DNA of 64,000 bases from Sideroxydans sp. (GTDB lineage: Bacteria > Pseudomonadota > Gammaproteobacteria > Burkholderiales > Gallionellaceae): contig JAVHQJ010000235.1 in assembly GCA_036171075.1 (NCBI GenBank), forward strand, positions 7,391 to 71,390, written 5' to 3'. Shown here in pieces: positions 39,347-50,583 of this stretch. Within the stretch, counting starts at the first letter, position 1; every line of letters begins with the position of its first letter. Below the pieces are notes generated by a model. It made no database searches. It saw only the letters and a list, made by a program, of their open reading frames with translations, and had not been told where the DNA came from. The translations under genes and the position numbers were made by a program.

Positions 39347-40576
39347 ATGATTAAGCAACTTGGGCGTTATGAGGTAATCAGCGAACTTGGTCAAGGGGCG
39401 ATGGGCGTCGTCTATAAGGCCAAGGATCCGCTGATTGACCGCGAAGTTGCCATTAAAACAATCAATTTAAGCTTGGCTCAAGAAGAGCGTGAAGAGTACG
39501 AGGCGCGTTTTTATCAAGAAGCTAAAGCGGCAGGCCGATTAAGTCATCCCAACATTGTCACTATCTATGATGTCGGTCGCAGTGATGATATTGCATACAT
39601 TGCTATGGAATATCTACATGGTCGCGAGCTACGCGACATTTTGAATGACAATAAAATACTACCGATTAATCAAGTTTTAGATATCACTGCTCAAGTTGCA
39701 CTAGGCTTGTCATATGCGCATGAACATCACATTGTTCATCGTGACGTAAAGCCATCTAACATTATGGTGGTCAGCGATGGGCATGTAAAAATTACCGACT
39801 TTGGCATTGCCCGCATGGCTTCTGCTGCCGTACGCACTCAAACAGGCATGGTGCTAGGCTCACCTAAATACATGTCGCCTGAACAAGTAATGGGTAAATT
39901 GACCGATCAGCGTTCGGATATTTTTTCTTTGGGCGTGATGCTGTATGAAATGTTGACGGGGCAAGCGCCCTTTATGGGCGAGAACGTTAACGCAATTATG
40001 TATCAAACGTTAAACGCGATACCTGTATCACCTAGTAATATTAATTCGAATGTGCCTGAGATGTTGAATTACATCGTCGCTAAAGCACTCGCCAAAGATT
40101 TGGACTCTCGTTATCAAAATTCCCGTGATTTCGCGAACGATTTGAGAGCCTGTCAGGCAGAACTTCCGAAGGAAATAGCAAAGTCTTCTGCTGGAACATC
40201 CGCCACTAGAGGAAATGGGAATTCAATTGATTCCTCAGTGCCTGCATTGGATTCATCTGATGAAGAATCTAAACCAGTCGTTGCACTTGGCTTGTCTACA
40301 TCGTTTGATTCAACTGAAGCGACGATGAGATTAGCCGCTTTAACTGCCAGCAATGAAGATGTCGAAGAGTTTTCAAAAACCTTCCGCATGTCGCGTCCCA
40401 GTCTTGAAGTAATCAATCAATCTTCGCCTGTTGTTAATTCTCAATTGAATCCTAAACCTGTCATTACCTCTCCGCGCATTTCTTATCGGGAGCCTACAAC
40501 GCCTACTGGTGGCTACTGGTTACTCGCAATTATTGCCCTAGTAGTCATTGGCTTGATTTCTACCATCGTTTTTTGA
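39347..40576 (+). CDS. Hanks-type Ser/Thr protein kinase with C-terminal TM
   Basis: LGQGAMGVVY, VAIK, HRDVKPSN, DFGIA, GSPKYMSPEQ, SDIFSLG; ends in a hydrophobic helix. Confidence 0.93.
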   Translation: MIKQLGRYEVISELGQGAMGVVYKAKDPLIDREVAIKTINLSLAQEEREEYEARFYQEAKAAGRLSHPNIVTIYDVGRSDDIAYIAMEYLHGRELRDILNDNKILPINQVLDITAQVALGLSYAHEHHIVHRDVKPSNIMVVSDGHVKITDFGIARMASAAVRTQTGMVLGSPKYMSPEQVMGKLTDQRSDIFSLGVMLYEMLTGQAPFMGENVNAIMYQTLNAIPVSPSNINSNVPEMLNYIVAKALAKDLDSRYQNSRDFANDLRACQAELPKEIAKSSAGTSATRGNGNSIDSSVPALDSSDEESKPVVALGLSTSFDSTEATMRLAALTASNEDVEEFSKTFRMSRPSLEVINQSSPVVNSQLNPKPVITSPRISYREPTTPTGGYWLLAIIALVVIGLISTIVF

Positions 40577-41016
40577 CGGTTGTTACGCTCGTGACAGGCG
40601 CATCGCAACGTCACTTCAAAATACATTCCTCAAGAAGGCTTATTGCCTTTATTTTCATCAGCTATGCGCTTTTGTTGTATGCGCTCTCATCATTTGCATG
40701 GTTGCTAATTTGGAAAGTGTTAACGGCTGTCTTGGCGTTAAGTTTGTGTATTTATTTAGCGTTACGCGACGCGAACTTACGCATGCCGCATTCTTGTGTC
40801 GCATTTAGGCTGGAAGCTGAGAACAAAATCAGTCTGTTCTTGCGCAACGGTCAGCATGTGGCGGGTACTTTGAGTGCGCGATCATTGGTGACGACTTCAA
40901 TCGTGATTTTGGTGTTGCGCTACAACGAGCAGGCGACAAGAACGATATTGGTGCTGCCAGATTCTATGAGTAATGATGCTTTTCGCCGCTTGCGAGTGAC
41001 GCTCAAATGGAATTAA
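40573..41016 (+). CDS. YgfX/CptA-like membrane protein
   Basis: Two TMs; C-terminal [19 protein letters not shown]; convergent with nadB; start uncertain. Confidence 0.7.
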   Translation: MTVVTLVTGASQRHFKIHSSRRLIAFIFISYALLLYALSSFAWLLIWKVLTAVLALSLCIYLALRDANLRMPHSCVAFRLEAENKISLFLRNGQHVAGTLSARSLVTTSIVILVLRYNEQATRTILVLPDSMSNDAFRRLRVTLKWN

Positions 41017-42596
41017 TGAATTACTGTCGGAGGCGACAATATGGTGGTTTTTGCTTCTGGCAAAGTTGCAGGGTAATCCTTGCTAAAGTGTAAGCCTCGG
41101 CTTTCGTGGCGTAGCAACGCACTTTGAACGATGAGGTCGGCGGTTTGAACAAGATTGCGCAGTTCTAACAAATCTGCGCTGACGTGGAAATTTCGATAGT
41201 ACTCATTGATTTCTTCGTGCAACAATTGAATGCGATGTTGTGCGCGTTGCAGTCGTTTTGTGGTGCGTACAATCCCAACGTAGTCCCACATAAAACGACG
41301 TAACTCATCCCAGTTATGCGAAATAACGACCTGCTCATCCGCATCGGTTACGCGACTCATATCCCAATTAGGAAGAGATTCGTGGTCGCTAGCGGATTGT
41401 TTCAATATATCTTGAGCCGCTGCATCCGCGAATACCAAACATTCCAGCAGAGAGTTGCTGGCTAAACGGTTCGCACCATGCAATCCGCTGTAAGCCGTTT
41501 CACCAATCGCATATAAATTGGCGACATCCGTGTGAGCCGCAAGGTCGGTTATTAATCCGCCGCAGGTAAAATGCATTGCGGGAACAACAGGAATAGCTTG
41601 CTTTGAAATATCTATTCCTAGGCTTAAGCAACGTTCGTAAATAGTAGGAAAATGTTCGCGTAAAAATGCTTCAGGCTGGTGAGAGATGTCGAGATAAACA
41701 CAATCGAGACCGCGTTTTTTCATTTCATAGTCTATAGCGCGTGCCACCACATCACGTGGCGCCAGTTCGGCACGTTCATCATGCCAAGGCATAAATCGAC
41801 TCCCATCAGGAAGTTTAAGGATTCCCCCTTCCCCCCTGACGGCTTCAGATATTAAAAATGATTTTGCATGGGGATGGAATAAGCAGGTAGGGTGAAATTG
41901 CATGAACTCCATATTTGCGACACGACATCCCGCCCGCCATCCCATGGCAATTCCATCTCCAGTGGCGGTATCGGGGTTGGTCGTATAGAGGTACACCTTG
42001 CCCGCCCCGCCCGTGGCTAGCACGGTGTAGTTGGCTGCAATGGTATGAACTTTGCCTTGCAATGTATTCAGTATGTAAGCACCGTGACAACGCGAATCGT
42101 CCTTGCCTAACTTTTTACCCGTAATTAAATCTACGGCGATGTGATGCTCAAAAATGGTTACATTGGGATGCGCACGCACTTTTGCCGCTAACGTTTGCTG
42201 TACTGCTTTTCCCGTTGCATCTGCAGCATGAATGATGCGGCGGCGACTATGTCCCCCTTCGCGGGTTAAATGAAAGTGCTTTCCAGAGTCATCCAATGAA
42301 AATGGTACGTTTTGGGAAATTAGCCAATCAATGGCGCGAGCACCATTTTCGATGACGAAACGGGTGGCAATAGGATCACACAAGCCAACGCCTGCCGTTT
42401 GAGTATCGCGAACGTGCTCTTCAATACTGTCTTCAGGGCTTTGAACTGCGGCAATTCCGCCTTGCGCCCAAACACTTGCGCCATCCAGCAATTGTTTTTT
42501 AGTAACGATAGCGATTTTTTGATGGTCAGCCAGTTTGAGTGCCAGCGATAAGCCAGCTAATCCGCTACCAATAATGAGAGTGTCGAAACGCAGCAC
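41013..42596 (-). CDS. nadB: L-aspartate oxidase
   Basis: [51 protein letters not shown]. Confidence 0.97.
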   Translation of the reverse strand: MLRFDTLIIGSGLAGLSLALKLADHQKIAIVTKKQLLDGASVWAQGGIAAVQSPEDSIEEHVRDTQTAGVGLCDPIATRFVIENGARAIDWLISQNVPFSLDDSGKHFHLTREGGHSRRRIIHAADATGKAVQQTLAAKVRAHPNVTIFEHHIAVDLITGKKLGKDDSRCHGAYILNTLQGKVHTIAANYTVLATGGAGKVYLYTTNPDTATGDGIAMGWRAGCRVANMEFMQFHPTCLFHPHAKSFLISEAVRGEGGILKLPDGSRFMPWHDERAELAPRDVVARAIDYEMKKRGLDCVYLDISHQPEAFLREHFPTIYERCLSLGIDISKQAIPVVPAMHFTCGGLITDLAAHTDVANLYAIGETAYSGLHGANRLASNSLLECLVFADAAAQDILKQSASDHESLPNWDMSRVTDADEQVVISHNWDELRRFMWDYVGIVRTTKRLQRAQHRIQLLHEEINEYYRNFHVSADLLELRNLVQTADLIVQSALLRHESRGLHFSKDYPATLPEAKTTILSPPTVIH

Positions 42597-42661
42597 GATG
42601 GAAAGTTGTGAGATGAACGAATGCGTGAACTATAGCAAACCCTAGCGCAAAACGACGAAGT

Positions 42662-42688
42662 GAACTAAATTTTATATGCATTGTCCAT
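42662..42688 (+). promoter_or_regulatory. Putative sigmaE autoregulatory promoter
   Basis: GAACTA-N16-TCCAT upstream of rpoE, close to the GAACTT-N16/17-TCTRA consensus. Confidence 0.45.
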
Positions 42689-42797
42689 CCGTGCGTTACA
42701 AGCATGGCTGACTTCAGAACACTCATACGGTTATACTGGCGAACCCCACATCAAGTGGGTAATCAGTAGTCAGAATACTTAAAAACCGGGAAACGGC

Positions 42798-43397
42798 ATG
42801 GGTGATAGGGAGGTCGATCAGCAATTGGTAGAGCGCGCGCAGCGCGGGGATAAGCACGCGTTTGAATTGTTGGTGGTTAAGTATCAGCGTCGATTGGGAC
42901 GCCTGATTTCAAGGTTTGTGCGTAATAACGGCGAAGCCGAAGATTTGACACAAGATGCTTTTATTAAGGCTTATCGGGCGTTGCCTGCGTTTCGTGGTGA
43001 CAGTGCTTTTTATACATGGCTGTACCGAATAGGTATTAATACAGCTAAAAACTATTTAACAACAAAGGGGCGTAAAGCGCCCACCTCAACAGCATTTGAT
43101 GCCGAAGAGGCAGAAGCGTTTGAAGAGGCTTCTTTGTTGCACGAAGTGGCGACACCTGAAAATGAATTAATGAGCAAGCAAGTGGTCGAAGTGGTGAATG
43201 CATCTTTACAGCAGCTCCCTGAAGACTTACGTACTGCATTGACATTGCGTGAGATAGAAGGCTTGAGTTATGAAGAAATCGCGGCGGTGATGGGCTGCCC
43301 AATTGGAACGGTTAGATCGCGTATTTTCCGTGCGCGTGAAGTGGTGGCAACAAATTTGCGCCCATTACTGGGCACAAACGACGATAAAAGGTGGTGA
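42798..43397 (+). CDS. rpoE: ECF sigma factor sigmaE
   Basis: DQQLVERAQRGD, FRGDSAFYTWLYRI, CPIGTVRSRIFRAR; divergent from nadB. Confidence 0.97.
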   Translation: MGDREVDQQLVERAQRGDKHAFELLVVKYQRRLGRLISRFVRNNGEAEDLTQDAFIKAYRALPAFRGDSAFYTWLYRIGINTAKNYLTTKGRKAPTSTAFDAEEAEAFEEASLLHEVATPENELMSKQVVEVVNASLQQLPEDLRTALTLREIEGLSYEEIAAVMGCPIGTVRSRIFRAREVVATNLRPLLGTNDDKRW

Positions 43398-43399
43398 GC

Positions 43400-43891
43400 A
43401 TGAAAGAAAAAATCTCGGTATTGATGGATGGGGAAATGTTTGAGGATGACGCAGAATTATTCTTTGATAAGTTAAAACGCCATCCGCAGGCGAATCAAGA
43501 TTGGGCGATGTATCACTTAATTGGAGATGTCTTGCGTCAGCCAGAACATATTCATCGTGATGTGAGTGCGGCTTTTCATGAGCGGTTGCAGGCCGAGCCT
43601 ACCGTTCTGGCTCCGCAAAGTCGAGCGCCGCAACGAATGAAACATTACGCATTAACTGCGGTAGCCTCGGTAATGGCGCTGGCATTGGTGGCATGGATGT
43701 CACTTCAGATTGATCAGGAACCTGCGCCGCAATTGGCTTCTGTGCAACAAAGTGACAATGTGGTGCGTCCTGCTTCCTATCAGTCGAGTGATTACCAATC
43801 AAATGATTATTTGATGGCGCATCAAGAATTTTCACCCAGCGCAGATGTGCAAGGCGCGGCTTCTTATATCCATAGCGTGGAAGTCAAATAG
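43400..43891 (+). CDS. rseA: Anti-sigmaE factor RseA/MucA
   Basis: EKISVLMDGE, YHLIGDVLR, TM AVASV, YLMAHQE. Confidence 0.92.
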   Translation: MKEKISVLMDGEMFEDDAELFFDKLKRHPQANQDWAMYHLIGDVLRQPEHIHRDVSAAFHERLQAEPTVLAPQSRAPQRMKHYALTAVASVMALALVAWMSLQIDQEPAPQLASVQQSDNVVRPASYQSSDYQSNDYLMAHQEFSPSADVQGAASYIHSVEVK

Positions 43892-44871
43892 TGATCGCTC
43901 CCACTTCTAAATGGCGCACGTATTTGGCGCTGACTTGCTTGTCTGCTTTTAATGTACAGGCCGATCCTTTGATGTCAGACGCAGAGTGGTTGCGTACCAT
44001 GGTGTTCGCCGCACATCAAACAAACTTTAGCGGTGTGGTCGTGTATCAATCAGGCGGGCGCGTGGAGATGTCTCGCATTACCCATGTCTCCGATGGCGAT
44101 GGTGAGCATGAGCGGATGGAGGGATTGGAGGGTGAGCGTCGTGAAGTGATTCGCAACAACGATAAGGTGCGCGTCTATTTGGGCGATCAAAAAGTAAGGG
44201 TGGAAAATCGACGCGGGCATCGTGTATTTCCCTCTTTGTTGCCAGAGCAAATGCAAGCCTTGAAAGAGAATTACTTAATTACTCAAAGTGAAGAAGATAG
44301 GATTGCCGAATATCATGCGCACACAGTGGTGTTTCAGCCTAAAGATAATTTGAGGTATACCCGCAAGATGTGGGCGCATAGCGAGTCTGGCCTATTATTA
44401 AAGGCGGTCGTATTGGATGAGCATGGTCGCATCATTGAGCAGCAAGCCTTTTCTCAAATAAAAATTGGCGGCAAGGATATTGATCGTAAGTGGATTAAGC
44501 CAAGCGAGGATGATGCGCTGCACTTGGCGCGCCATCTTGAGCAGGCGTCGCATTCGGGAGTTGAAAGTATCGTAAGTGGCTGGCAGGCCGATGCGATTCC
44601 CGTAGGTTTCAAGAAACTGTTCGAGTTGCGCAGGAGCATTTCTGATAAAAAAATTCCTGTCGTACAAATGGTTTATTCGGATGGCCTTTCAGGTATTTCG
44701 ATATTTATTGAAAAAGTCAGTCAAGCACCTACAAAAGCGGGGCTTTCGGGGCAGGGCGCAGTGCATGTGTACAACCGCTTGGTGGGCGATTATTTGGTGA
44801 CGGTGGTCGGTGAAGTGCCGCCACGCGTGGTGATTCAAGTCGCCGATTCAGTACGCTACGCAGGGGGCTGA
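43891..44871 (+). CDS. rseB: RseB/MucB
   Basis: NFSGVVVY, REVIR, FPSLLP, YSDGLSGISIFIE, VGEVP. Confidence 0.92.
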   Translation: MIAPTSKWRTYLALTCLSAFNVQADPLMSDAEWLRTMVFAAHQTNFSGVVVYQSGGRVEMSRITHVSDGDGEHERMEGLEGERREVIRNNDKVRVYLGDQKVRVENRRGHRVFPSLLPEQMQALKENYLITQSEEDRIAEYHAHTVVFQPKDNLRYTRKMWAHSESGLLLKAVVLDEHGRIIEQQAFSQIKIGGKDIDRKWIKPSEDDALHLARHLEQASHSGVESIVSGWQADAIPVGFKKLFELRRSISDKKIPVVQMVYSDGLSGISIFIEKVSQAPTKAGLSGQGAVHVYNRLVGDYLVTVVGEVPPRVVIQVADSVRYAGG

Positions 44872-44872
44872 T

Positions 44873-45307
44873 ATGCTTGAAATGCGTGCGCGAGTCATCA
44901 AGGTAACAGGAAACTATGCGGATATTAGCCCGCTTAATGTTGGTTGCGGCCAATGCAATAGCGCGAATGGTTGTGGGAGCGGCAAGCTGACCAAGGTATT
45001 TTGTAGTAATGAATTACGCACTTTTTTAGTGCTCAACGAGGCGGGCGCGCAAGTCGGAGACGAGGTGAATGTAGCATTGCCCGATGGCATGTTGCTTCGC
45101 AGTTCGTGGCGTATCTATATATTGCCTTTGTTGCTTATGTTTGCTTTGGGAGTGCTAGGTTCAAGCTTGGCTACGGATACGCCCAGCCGTGATGGTTATG
45201 CTGTGGTGGGTTCAATGTTGGGATTATTGATTGGTTTTCTATTCGCTAAACAATTTTCAATCACAAGCGACGCTCAAGCTGTCCTACATTCCATCATTAA
45301 ATCCTAA
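44873..45307 (+). CDS. rseC: RseC/MucC
   Basis: CGQC...GCG, GDEV, YILPLL followed by TMs. Confidence 0.9.
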   Translation: MLEMRARVIKVTGNYADISPLNVGCGQCNSANGCGSGKLTKVFCSNELRTFLVLNEAGAQVGDEVNVALPDGMLLRSSWRIYILPLLLMFALGVLGSSLATDTPSRDGYAVVGSMLGLLIGFLFAKQFSITSDAQAVLHSIIKS

Positions 45308-45343
45308 TCAAACTCTAAATTTCTCAAGACTTTTCTTCAAGGA

Positions 45344-46747
45344 GTGAACATGCTGAAGCGATTGAGTTTAGTCGTTGTTGCAACGTTAATGTCGAGTGTG
45401 CTGTGGGCTAAAGAGTTGCCAGACTTTACGGAACTTGTGGAAAAACAAGGTGCGGCTGTGGTGAATGTCAGCACCACACAAGCGGTGCAGACTCAAGCGG
45501 GACTACAAGGCTTGCCCAATTTGCCAGAGAACGAAGCATTTAATGAATTTTTCAAACACTTCGCACCGCAAATGCCGCGTGAACAAGAGTCACAATCATT
45601 AGGTTCTGGATTCATTATTAGTGCCGATGGTTATATTTTGACGAATGCACATGTAGTGGATCGTGCTGACAAAATTACTGTTCGTTTGTCAGATAAGCGC
45701 GAGTTTAAAGCCAAAATTATTGGCACGGATAAACGCACCGATGTGGCACTGCTAAAAATTGAGGCAACAGCCTTGCCTAAAGTGAATTTAGGGAATCCCG
45801 ATTTGCTTAAAGTGGGTGAATGGGTATTGGCCATTGGCTCGCCTTTTGGCTTTGACAGCAGTGTGACCGCAGGCATCGTGAGTGCCAAAGGACGTTCCTT
45901 GCCGCAAGAAAACTTTGTTCCCTTCATTCAAACTGACGTAGCGATCAATCCCGGTAATTCGGGTGGCCCCCTGTTCAATATGCGTGGCGAAGTGGTTGGC
46001 ATTAACTCGCAAATTTATAGTCGTTCAGGCGGCTATATGGGTTTGTCTTTCTCGATTCCTATTGATGTGGCGATGGAAGTAGTGAATCAATTGCGCGCTT
46101 CTGGCAAAGTAACGCGAGGCCGTATTGGCATCAGCATTCAAGAAGTAACCCGTGAATTGGCCGATTCATTTGGGCTCTCCAAGCCAAATGGCGCATTGAT
46201 TTCGGGCGTAGAGAAAGGTGGCCCCGCAGATAAAGCAGGCGTGTTGCCAAGTGATGTCATTCTTAAATTTGATGGCAAGCTGGTCACTAATTCAGTTGAT
46301 TTGCCACGCATGGTGGCGGCTACCAAACCAGGCAGTAAAGCAACGGTGCAAGTCTGGCGCAAAGGGGCGGCATTAGACATTTCACTGGTGGTGGGTGAGA
46401 TTAAAGAGGGTGCAGCAAAATCCATGCAAAGTGAGGCCAAGACTGAACAAGCGATGACGCCAAGTATGCTCCGATTGGGTTTGAGTGTGATCGACTTGAG
46501 TGCCGCGCAAAAGGCCGAATTGCAAGTATCGGGTGGCGTGTTGATTGATGACTTGAAAGGTGGGGCGGCGCGCAGCGAGTTGCAACGCGGCGATGTTATT
46601 TTGGGTATTGGCAACATTGAAATTCGCAACGTCGATCAATTCAATGAAATTCTGAAAAAAGTCCCGCAAGGCAAGAGTATTGCATTATTGATTCGTCGCA
46701 ATGATGGCGCGCTGTATGTCCCCATCCGCCTTGACGATAAACCTTAA
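45344..46747 (+). CDS. degP: DegP/MucD-family serine protease with two PDZ domains
   Basis: LPDFTELV, GSGFII, TNAHVV, DVALLK, GNSGGP. Confidence 0.9.
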   Translation: MNMLKRLSLVVVATLMSSVLWAKELPDFTELVEKQGAAVVNVSTTQAVQTQAGLQGLPNLPENEAFNEFFKHFAPQMPREQESQSLGSGFIISADGYILTNAHVVDRADKITVRLSDKREFKAKIIGTDKRTDVALLKIEATALPKVNLGNPDLLKVGEWVLAIGSPFGFDSSVTAGIVSAKGRSLPQENFVPFIQTDVAINPGNSGGPLFNMRGEVVGINSQIYSRSGGYMGLSFSIPIDVAMEVVNQLRASGKVTRGRIGISIQEVTRELADSFGLSKPNGALISGVEKGGPADKAGVLPSDVILKFDGKLVTNSVDLPRMVAATKPGSKATVQVWRKGAALDISLVVGEIKEGAAKSMQSEAKTEQAMTPSMLRLGLSVIDLSAAQKAELQVSGGVLIDDLKGGAARSELQRGDVILGIGNIEIRNVDQFNEILKKVPQGKSIALLIRRNDGALYVPIRLDDKP

Positions 46748-46810
46748 CCTCAAGGTCTGTCCGCGTAAGCCCGTAAAATCGGCTAAAATCCGCGCCTCTC
46801 GCAACCCCTG

Positions 46811-46890
46811 CATTGTCCCGCCTATGCAAGCTAATAACGGATTGAGGCCTGCGCTCTCTAGTTGAGAGCGCAGGCTAGGGTGGGACAGTG
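46811..46890 (+). promoter_or_regulatory. Structured leader upstream of lepA
   Basis: Outer stem CATTGTCCCGCC/GGTGGGACAGTG enclosing hairpin GCCTGCGCTCTC-tagtt-GAGAGCGCAGGC; TAAAAT at 46784. Confidence 0.45.
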
Positions 46891-46910
46891 GAATTTTATA
46901 AAAGAGCCTC

Positions 46911-48704
46911 ATGCAACATATCCGTAATTTCTCCATCATCGCCCATATAGATCACGGTAAATCTACGCTGGCGGATCGCATCATTCATCTTTGCGGCGGC
47001 TTGTCTGACCGTGAAATGGAGGAGCAAGTGCTGGATTCGATGGACATCGAACGTGAGCGCGGCATCACCATCAAAGCCCAAACTGCTGCCTTGAATTACA
47101 AAGCGCGTGACGGTCAGATTTACAACCTCAACTTAATTGATACACCTGGACATGTGGACTTCTCTTATGAAGTTTCGCGTTCGCTTTCGGCCTGTGAAGG
47201 CGCGTTACTTGTAGTGGATGCTTCACAAGGTGTTGAGGCGCAAACCGTGGCGAACTGCTACACCGCGCTGGATCTTGGCGTGGAAGTTGTCCCCGTCTTA
47301 AATAAAATTGATTTGCCATCGGCCAATCCAGACAATGCCATCGCTGAAATTGAAGATGTCATCGGTATTGATGCGCACGATGCCGTGCACTGTTCGGCCA
47401 AAACAGGCTTGGGTGTGCAAGAGGTGATTGAGGCGATGATTGCCAAAGTGCCTGCCCCGAAAGGGGATGTCACCGCGCCTTTACAGGGGCTCATTATTGA
47501 CTCGTGGTTTGATAATTATGTGGGCGTGGTGATGTTGGTGCGCATTGTGAATGGCACCCTCAAGCCCAAAGAAAAAATCTTGTTCATGGCAAATGGCGCG
47601 CAACATCTCACTGAAAACTTAGGCGTGTTCACCCCCAAATCGCAGTCCCGCGAATCTTTATCAGCGGGGCAAGTGGGCTTTGTGATTGCAGGCATTAAAG
47701 AGTTAAAAGATGCCAAGGTGGGCGACACCATTACCTCGTTGTCGCGTCCCGCAAGCAGTGCGCTTCCGGGCTTCAAAGAAGTGCAGCCGCAAGTGTTTGC
47801 AGGCTTGTTTCCCGTCGAATCCAATCAGTATGAGGCGCTACGTGACTCCTTGGAAAAGCTCAAACTTAACGATGCATCGCTGTTATATGAACCTGAAGTG
47901 TCACAAGCACTAGGCTTTGGATTTCGTTGTGGCTTTCTTGGTTTATTGCACATGGAAATTGTGCAAGAGCGTCTAGAGCGCGAGTTCGACATGGACTTGA
48001 TTACCACTGCGCCTACCGTCATTTACGAAGTGGTGATGCGAGATGGCAGCATTTTGATGGTGGACAATCCTTCTAAATTGCCTGACATGTCAAAAGTGGA
48101 AGAGATACGCGAGCCGATTGTGGATGTGAATTTGTATATGCCCCAAGAATATGTGGGCGCGGTGATTACGCTGTGCACGCAAAAGCGCGGTCTGCAAAAA
48201 GATATGAGTTACCACGGTAAGCAGGTGTTGCTGAAATATGAAATGCCGATGGGCGAAATCGTCATGGATTTTTTTGACAAGCTGAAGTCGGTGTCGCGCG
48301 GCTATGCTTCGATGGATTACGAGTTCAAAGAATATCGCGCAGCGGATGTGGTAAAGGTGGATATTCTAATCAACAGCGAAAAAGTGGATGCACTGTCCAT
48401 CATTGTGCATCGGGCAAATAGCCAGCATCGCGGCCGTGAAGTGGCGTCAAAGATGCGCGAATTGATTCCGCGACAAATGTTTGATGTGGCGATTCAAGCA
48501 GCGATTGGCGCCAACATTATTTCCCGTGAAAACGTAAAGGCGATGCGTAAAAACGTGCTGGCTAAATGTTATGGCGGTGACATTTCGCGCAAACGCAAAC
48601 TGTTGGAAAAGCAGAAGGCCGGTAAGAAGCGCATGAAGCAAGTGGGTAACGTAGAAATCCCGCAAGAGGCTTTCTTGGCCATCTTGCGTGTTGATGATAA
48701 ATAA
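46911..48704 (+). CDS. lepA: Elongation factor 4
   Basis: [39 protein letters not shown]. Confidence 0.98.
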   Translation: MQHIRNFSIIAHIDHGKSTLADRIIHLCGGLSDREMEEQVLDSMDIERERGITIKAQTAALNYKARDGQIYNLNLIDTPGHVDFSYEVSRSLSACEGALLVVDASQGVEAQTVANCYTALDLGVEVVPVLNKIDLPSANPDNAIAEIEDVIGIDAHDAVHCSAKTGLGVQEVIEAMIAKVPAPKGDVTAPLQGLIIDSWFDNYVGVVMLVRIVNGTLKPKEKILFMANGAQHLTENLGVFTPKSQSRESLSAGQVGFVIAGIKELKDAKVGDTITSLSRPASSALPGFKEVQPQVFAGLFPVESNQYEALRDSLEKLKLNDASLLYEPEVSQALGFGFRCGFLGLLHMEIVQERLEREFDMDLITTAPTVIYEVVMRDGSILMVDNPSKLPDMSKVEEIREPIVDVNLYMPQEYVGAVITLCTQKRGLQKDMSYHGKQVLLKYEMPMGEIVMDFFDKLKSVSRGYASMDYEFKEYRAADVVKVDILINSEKVDALSIIVHRANSQHRGREVASKMRELIPRQMFDVAIQAAIGANIISRENVKAMRKNVLAKCYGGDISRKRKLLEKQKAGKKRMKQVGNVEIPQEAFLAILRVDDK

Positions 48705-48718
48705 GTGGAGCTGTAAAA

Positions 48719-49522
48719 ATGACGTTTGCACTGATTCTGTTTTCACTATTGCTGCTCACGGGGCTAGTTGGGTTGCTAGATCGCTTTGTGTTGCGTGCGC
48801 AACGCATGGCGGGTAGCAAAGAGCCTTGGTGGGTAGAGTATTCCAAGAGTTTCTTCCCCGTTATCCTCGCGGTATTTGTGTTGCGTTCCTTTGTGGTTGA
48901 ACCCTTCAAAATCCCCTCCAGCTCAATGGTGCCCACCTTGCACGTGGGGGACTTTATCTTGGTCAATCGCTATACCTACGGTCTGCGTTTGCCTATCGTG
49001 AATAAAAAAATCGTTGAAATAAATCAACCGCAACGCGGCGATGTGATGGTGTTTCATTACCCGAATGAGCCCACCATTGATTACATCAAGCGGGTGGTTG
49101 GCGTGCCAGGGGATGAGTTGATTTATCGCGACAAACAGTTGTGGGTGAATGGTGTGGAGCAGTTGAAGCAGCGCGGTGAGGATTACAACTTCCTTGAAAG
49201 TGGGTTGAATTTTGTGCACACCGAACAGTACACCGAAAACCTGACAGGCAAGCAGCATGCAGTGTTACTTAACCCCGATATGCCCTCGATTCATTTGGCT
49301 AACGTGGATGAATTTCCGTTGCACGAACAGTGCAGTTATAGTGCGCAAGAAATGCGTTGTACCGTACCCGCAGGTCATTATTTTATGATGGGTGACAATC
49401 GCGACAACAGCCGAGACAGTCGTTATTGGGGGTTTGTGCCGGATGAACTGATTGTGGGTAAAGCATTTTTTATCTGGATGAATTTCGGTGAATTGAAGCG
49501 TGTCGGTTTGAGCATTAATTAA
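48719..49522 (+). CDS. lepB: Signal peptidase I
   Basis: IPSSSM, DYIKRVVG, MGDNRDNSRDSR. Confidence 0.97.
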   Translation: MTFALILFSLLLLTGLVGLLDRFVLRAQRMAGSKEPWWVEYSKSFFPVILAVFVLRSFVVEPFKIPSSSMVPTLHVGDFILVNRYTYGLRLPIVNKKIVEINQPQRGDVMVFHYPNEPTIDYIKRVVGVPGDELIYRDKQLWVNGVEQLKQRGEDYNFLESGLNFVHTEQYTENLTGKQHAVLLNPDMPSIHLANVDEFPLHEQCSYSAQEMRCTVPAGHYFMMGDNRDNSRDSRYWGFVPDELIVGKAFFIWMNFGELKRVGLSIN

Positions 49523-49540
49523 GTCATGAGAGGAATTGCA

Positions 49541-49906
49541 ATGAAAGATTTTGGCAAACAACAACGCGGCGTGAGTTTTATGGGCTTCATTCTGTTGGTG
49601 GCGCTGGGATTATTCCTCGTCATATTGGGCATAAAAACAGTGCCGGCGTATATTCAAAACGCACAAATCGCATCTATTATGCAGACGATTGCGAGTGATT
49701 CGGTGCTGCAATCTAGCTCGATTAAAGACATTAAAGCGGCGTACGACAAACGCGCGAGCCTGAACGACATTGATGATGTGACTGCTGAAGACATTGAAAT
49801 TGATCAAGAGGGAGGCTCGTTAAAGTTAAGCGCTTCCTATAAAAAAACGATTCCTGTGGCAGGCAATGTCAGCCTCTTGCTTGAGTTCAATCCAAGCAGC
49901 AAGTAA
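49541..49906 (+). CDS. DUF4845 pilin-like protein
   Basis: QRGVSF pseudo-pilin start plus TM; usual position between lepB and rnc; alternative start 49526. Confidence 0.85.
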   Translation: MKDFGKQQRGVSFMGFILLVALGLFLVILGIKTVPAYIQNAQIASIMQTIASDSVLQSSSIKDIKAAYDKRASLNDIDDVTAEDIEIDQEGGSLKLSASYKKTIPVAGNVSLLLEFNPSSK

Positions 49907-49914
49907 TTACCTGA

Positions 49915-50583
49915 ATGAAACGCGCGGCACTGTGTCGGCAAATTAACTATCAATTTGCACAGCCCGTTCTGTTGCAGCGTGCGCTCACGCATCGCAGTTA
50001 CAGCTCGGGGCATAACGAGCGGTTGGAGTTTTTGGGCGATAGCGTTCTCAATTGCGTGATTGCCAAGTATTTGTTTCTCACTTTTCCTGAATTGAACGAA
50101 GGCGATTTGTCGCGCCTGCGTTCCAACTTGGTGAACCAGCACACACTCGCTTTAATCGCTCACCAATTGAATCTAGGTACATGTTTAGCGTTGGGTGAAG
50201 GCGAGCTGAAGAGCGCGGGAGCGAGTCGCCCGTCTATTTTGGCAGATGCATTAGAAGCAATTTTTGGTGCGGTATTATTGGATGCCGATTTCGCTGCGGC
50301 GGAAAAAGTGGTATTGGGTTTGTATGTTCCCTTCATTGCAAAAACAGATTTGGCGACGCTTGGGAAGGACGCTAAAACATTGTTACAAGAGTATTTGCAA
50401 GGCCGAAAAATAGCACTGCCGCAATACACCATCCTGCACATTAAGGGGGAAGCGCACGCACAGACTTTTGTGGTGTCGTGTGTCATCAGCAAACTGAATA
50501 TCACCAGCCAAGGCGAGGGCGCAACCCGTCGCCTTGCCGAACAAGTTGCCGCAGAAGCGGCCTATAAGAGAATAAAACCATGA
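49915..50583 (+). CDS. rnc: Ribonuclease III
   Basis: [24 protein letters not shown] dsRBD. Confidence 0.97.
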   Translation: MKRAALCRQINYQFAQPVLLQRALTHRSYSSGHNERLEFLGDSVLNCVIAKYLFLTFPELNEGDLSRLRSNLVNQHTLALIAHQLNLGTCLALGEGELKSAGASRPSILADALEAIFGAVLLDADFAAAEKVVLGLYVPFIAKTDLATLGKDAKTLLQEYLQGRKIALPQYTILHIKGEAHAQTFVVSCVISKLNITSQGEGATRRLAEQVAAEAAYKRIKP

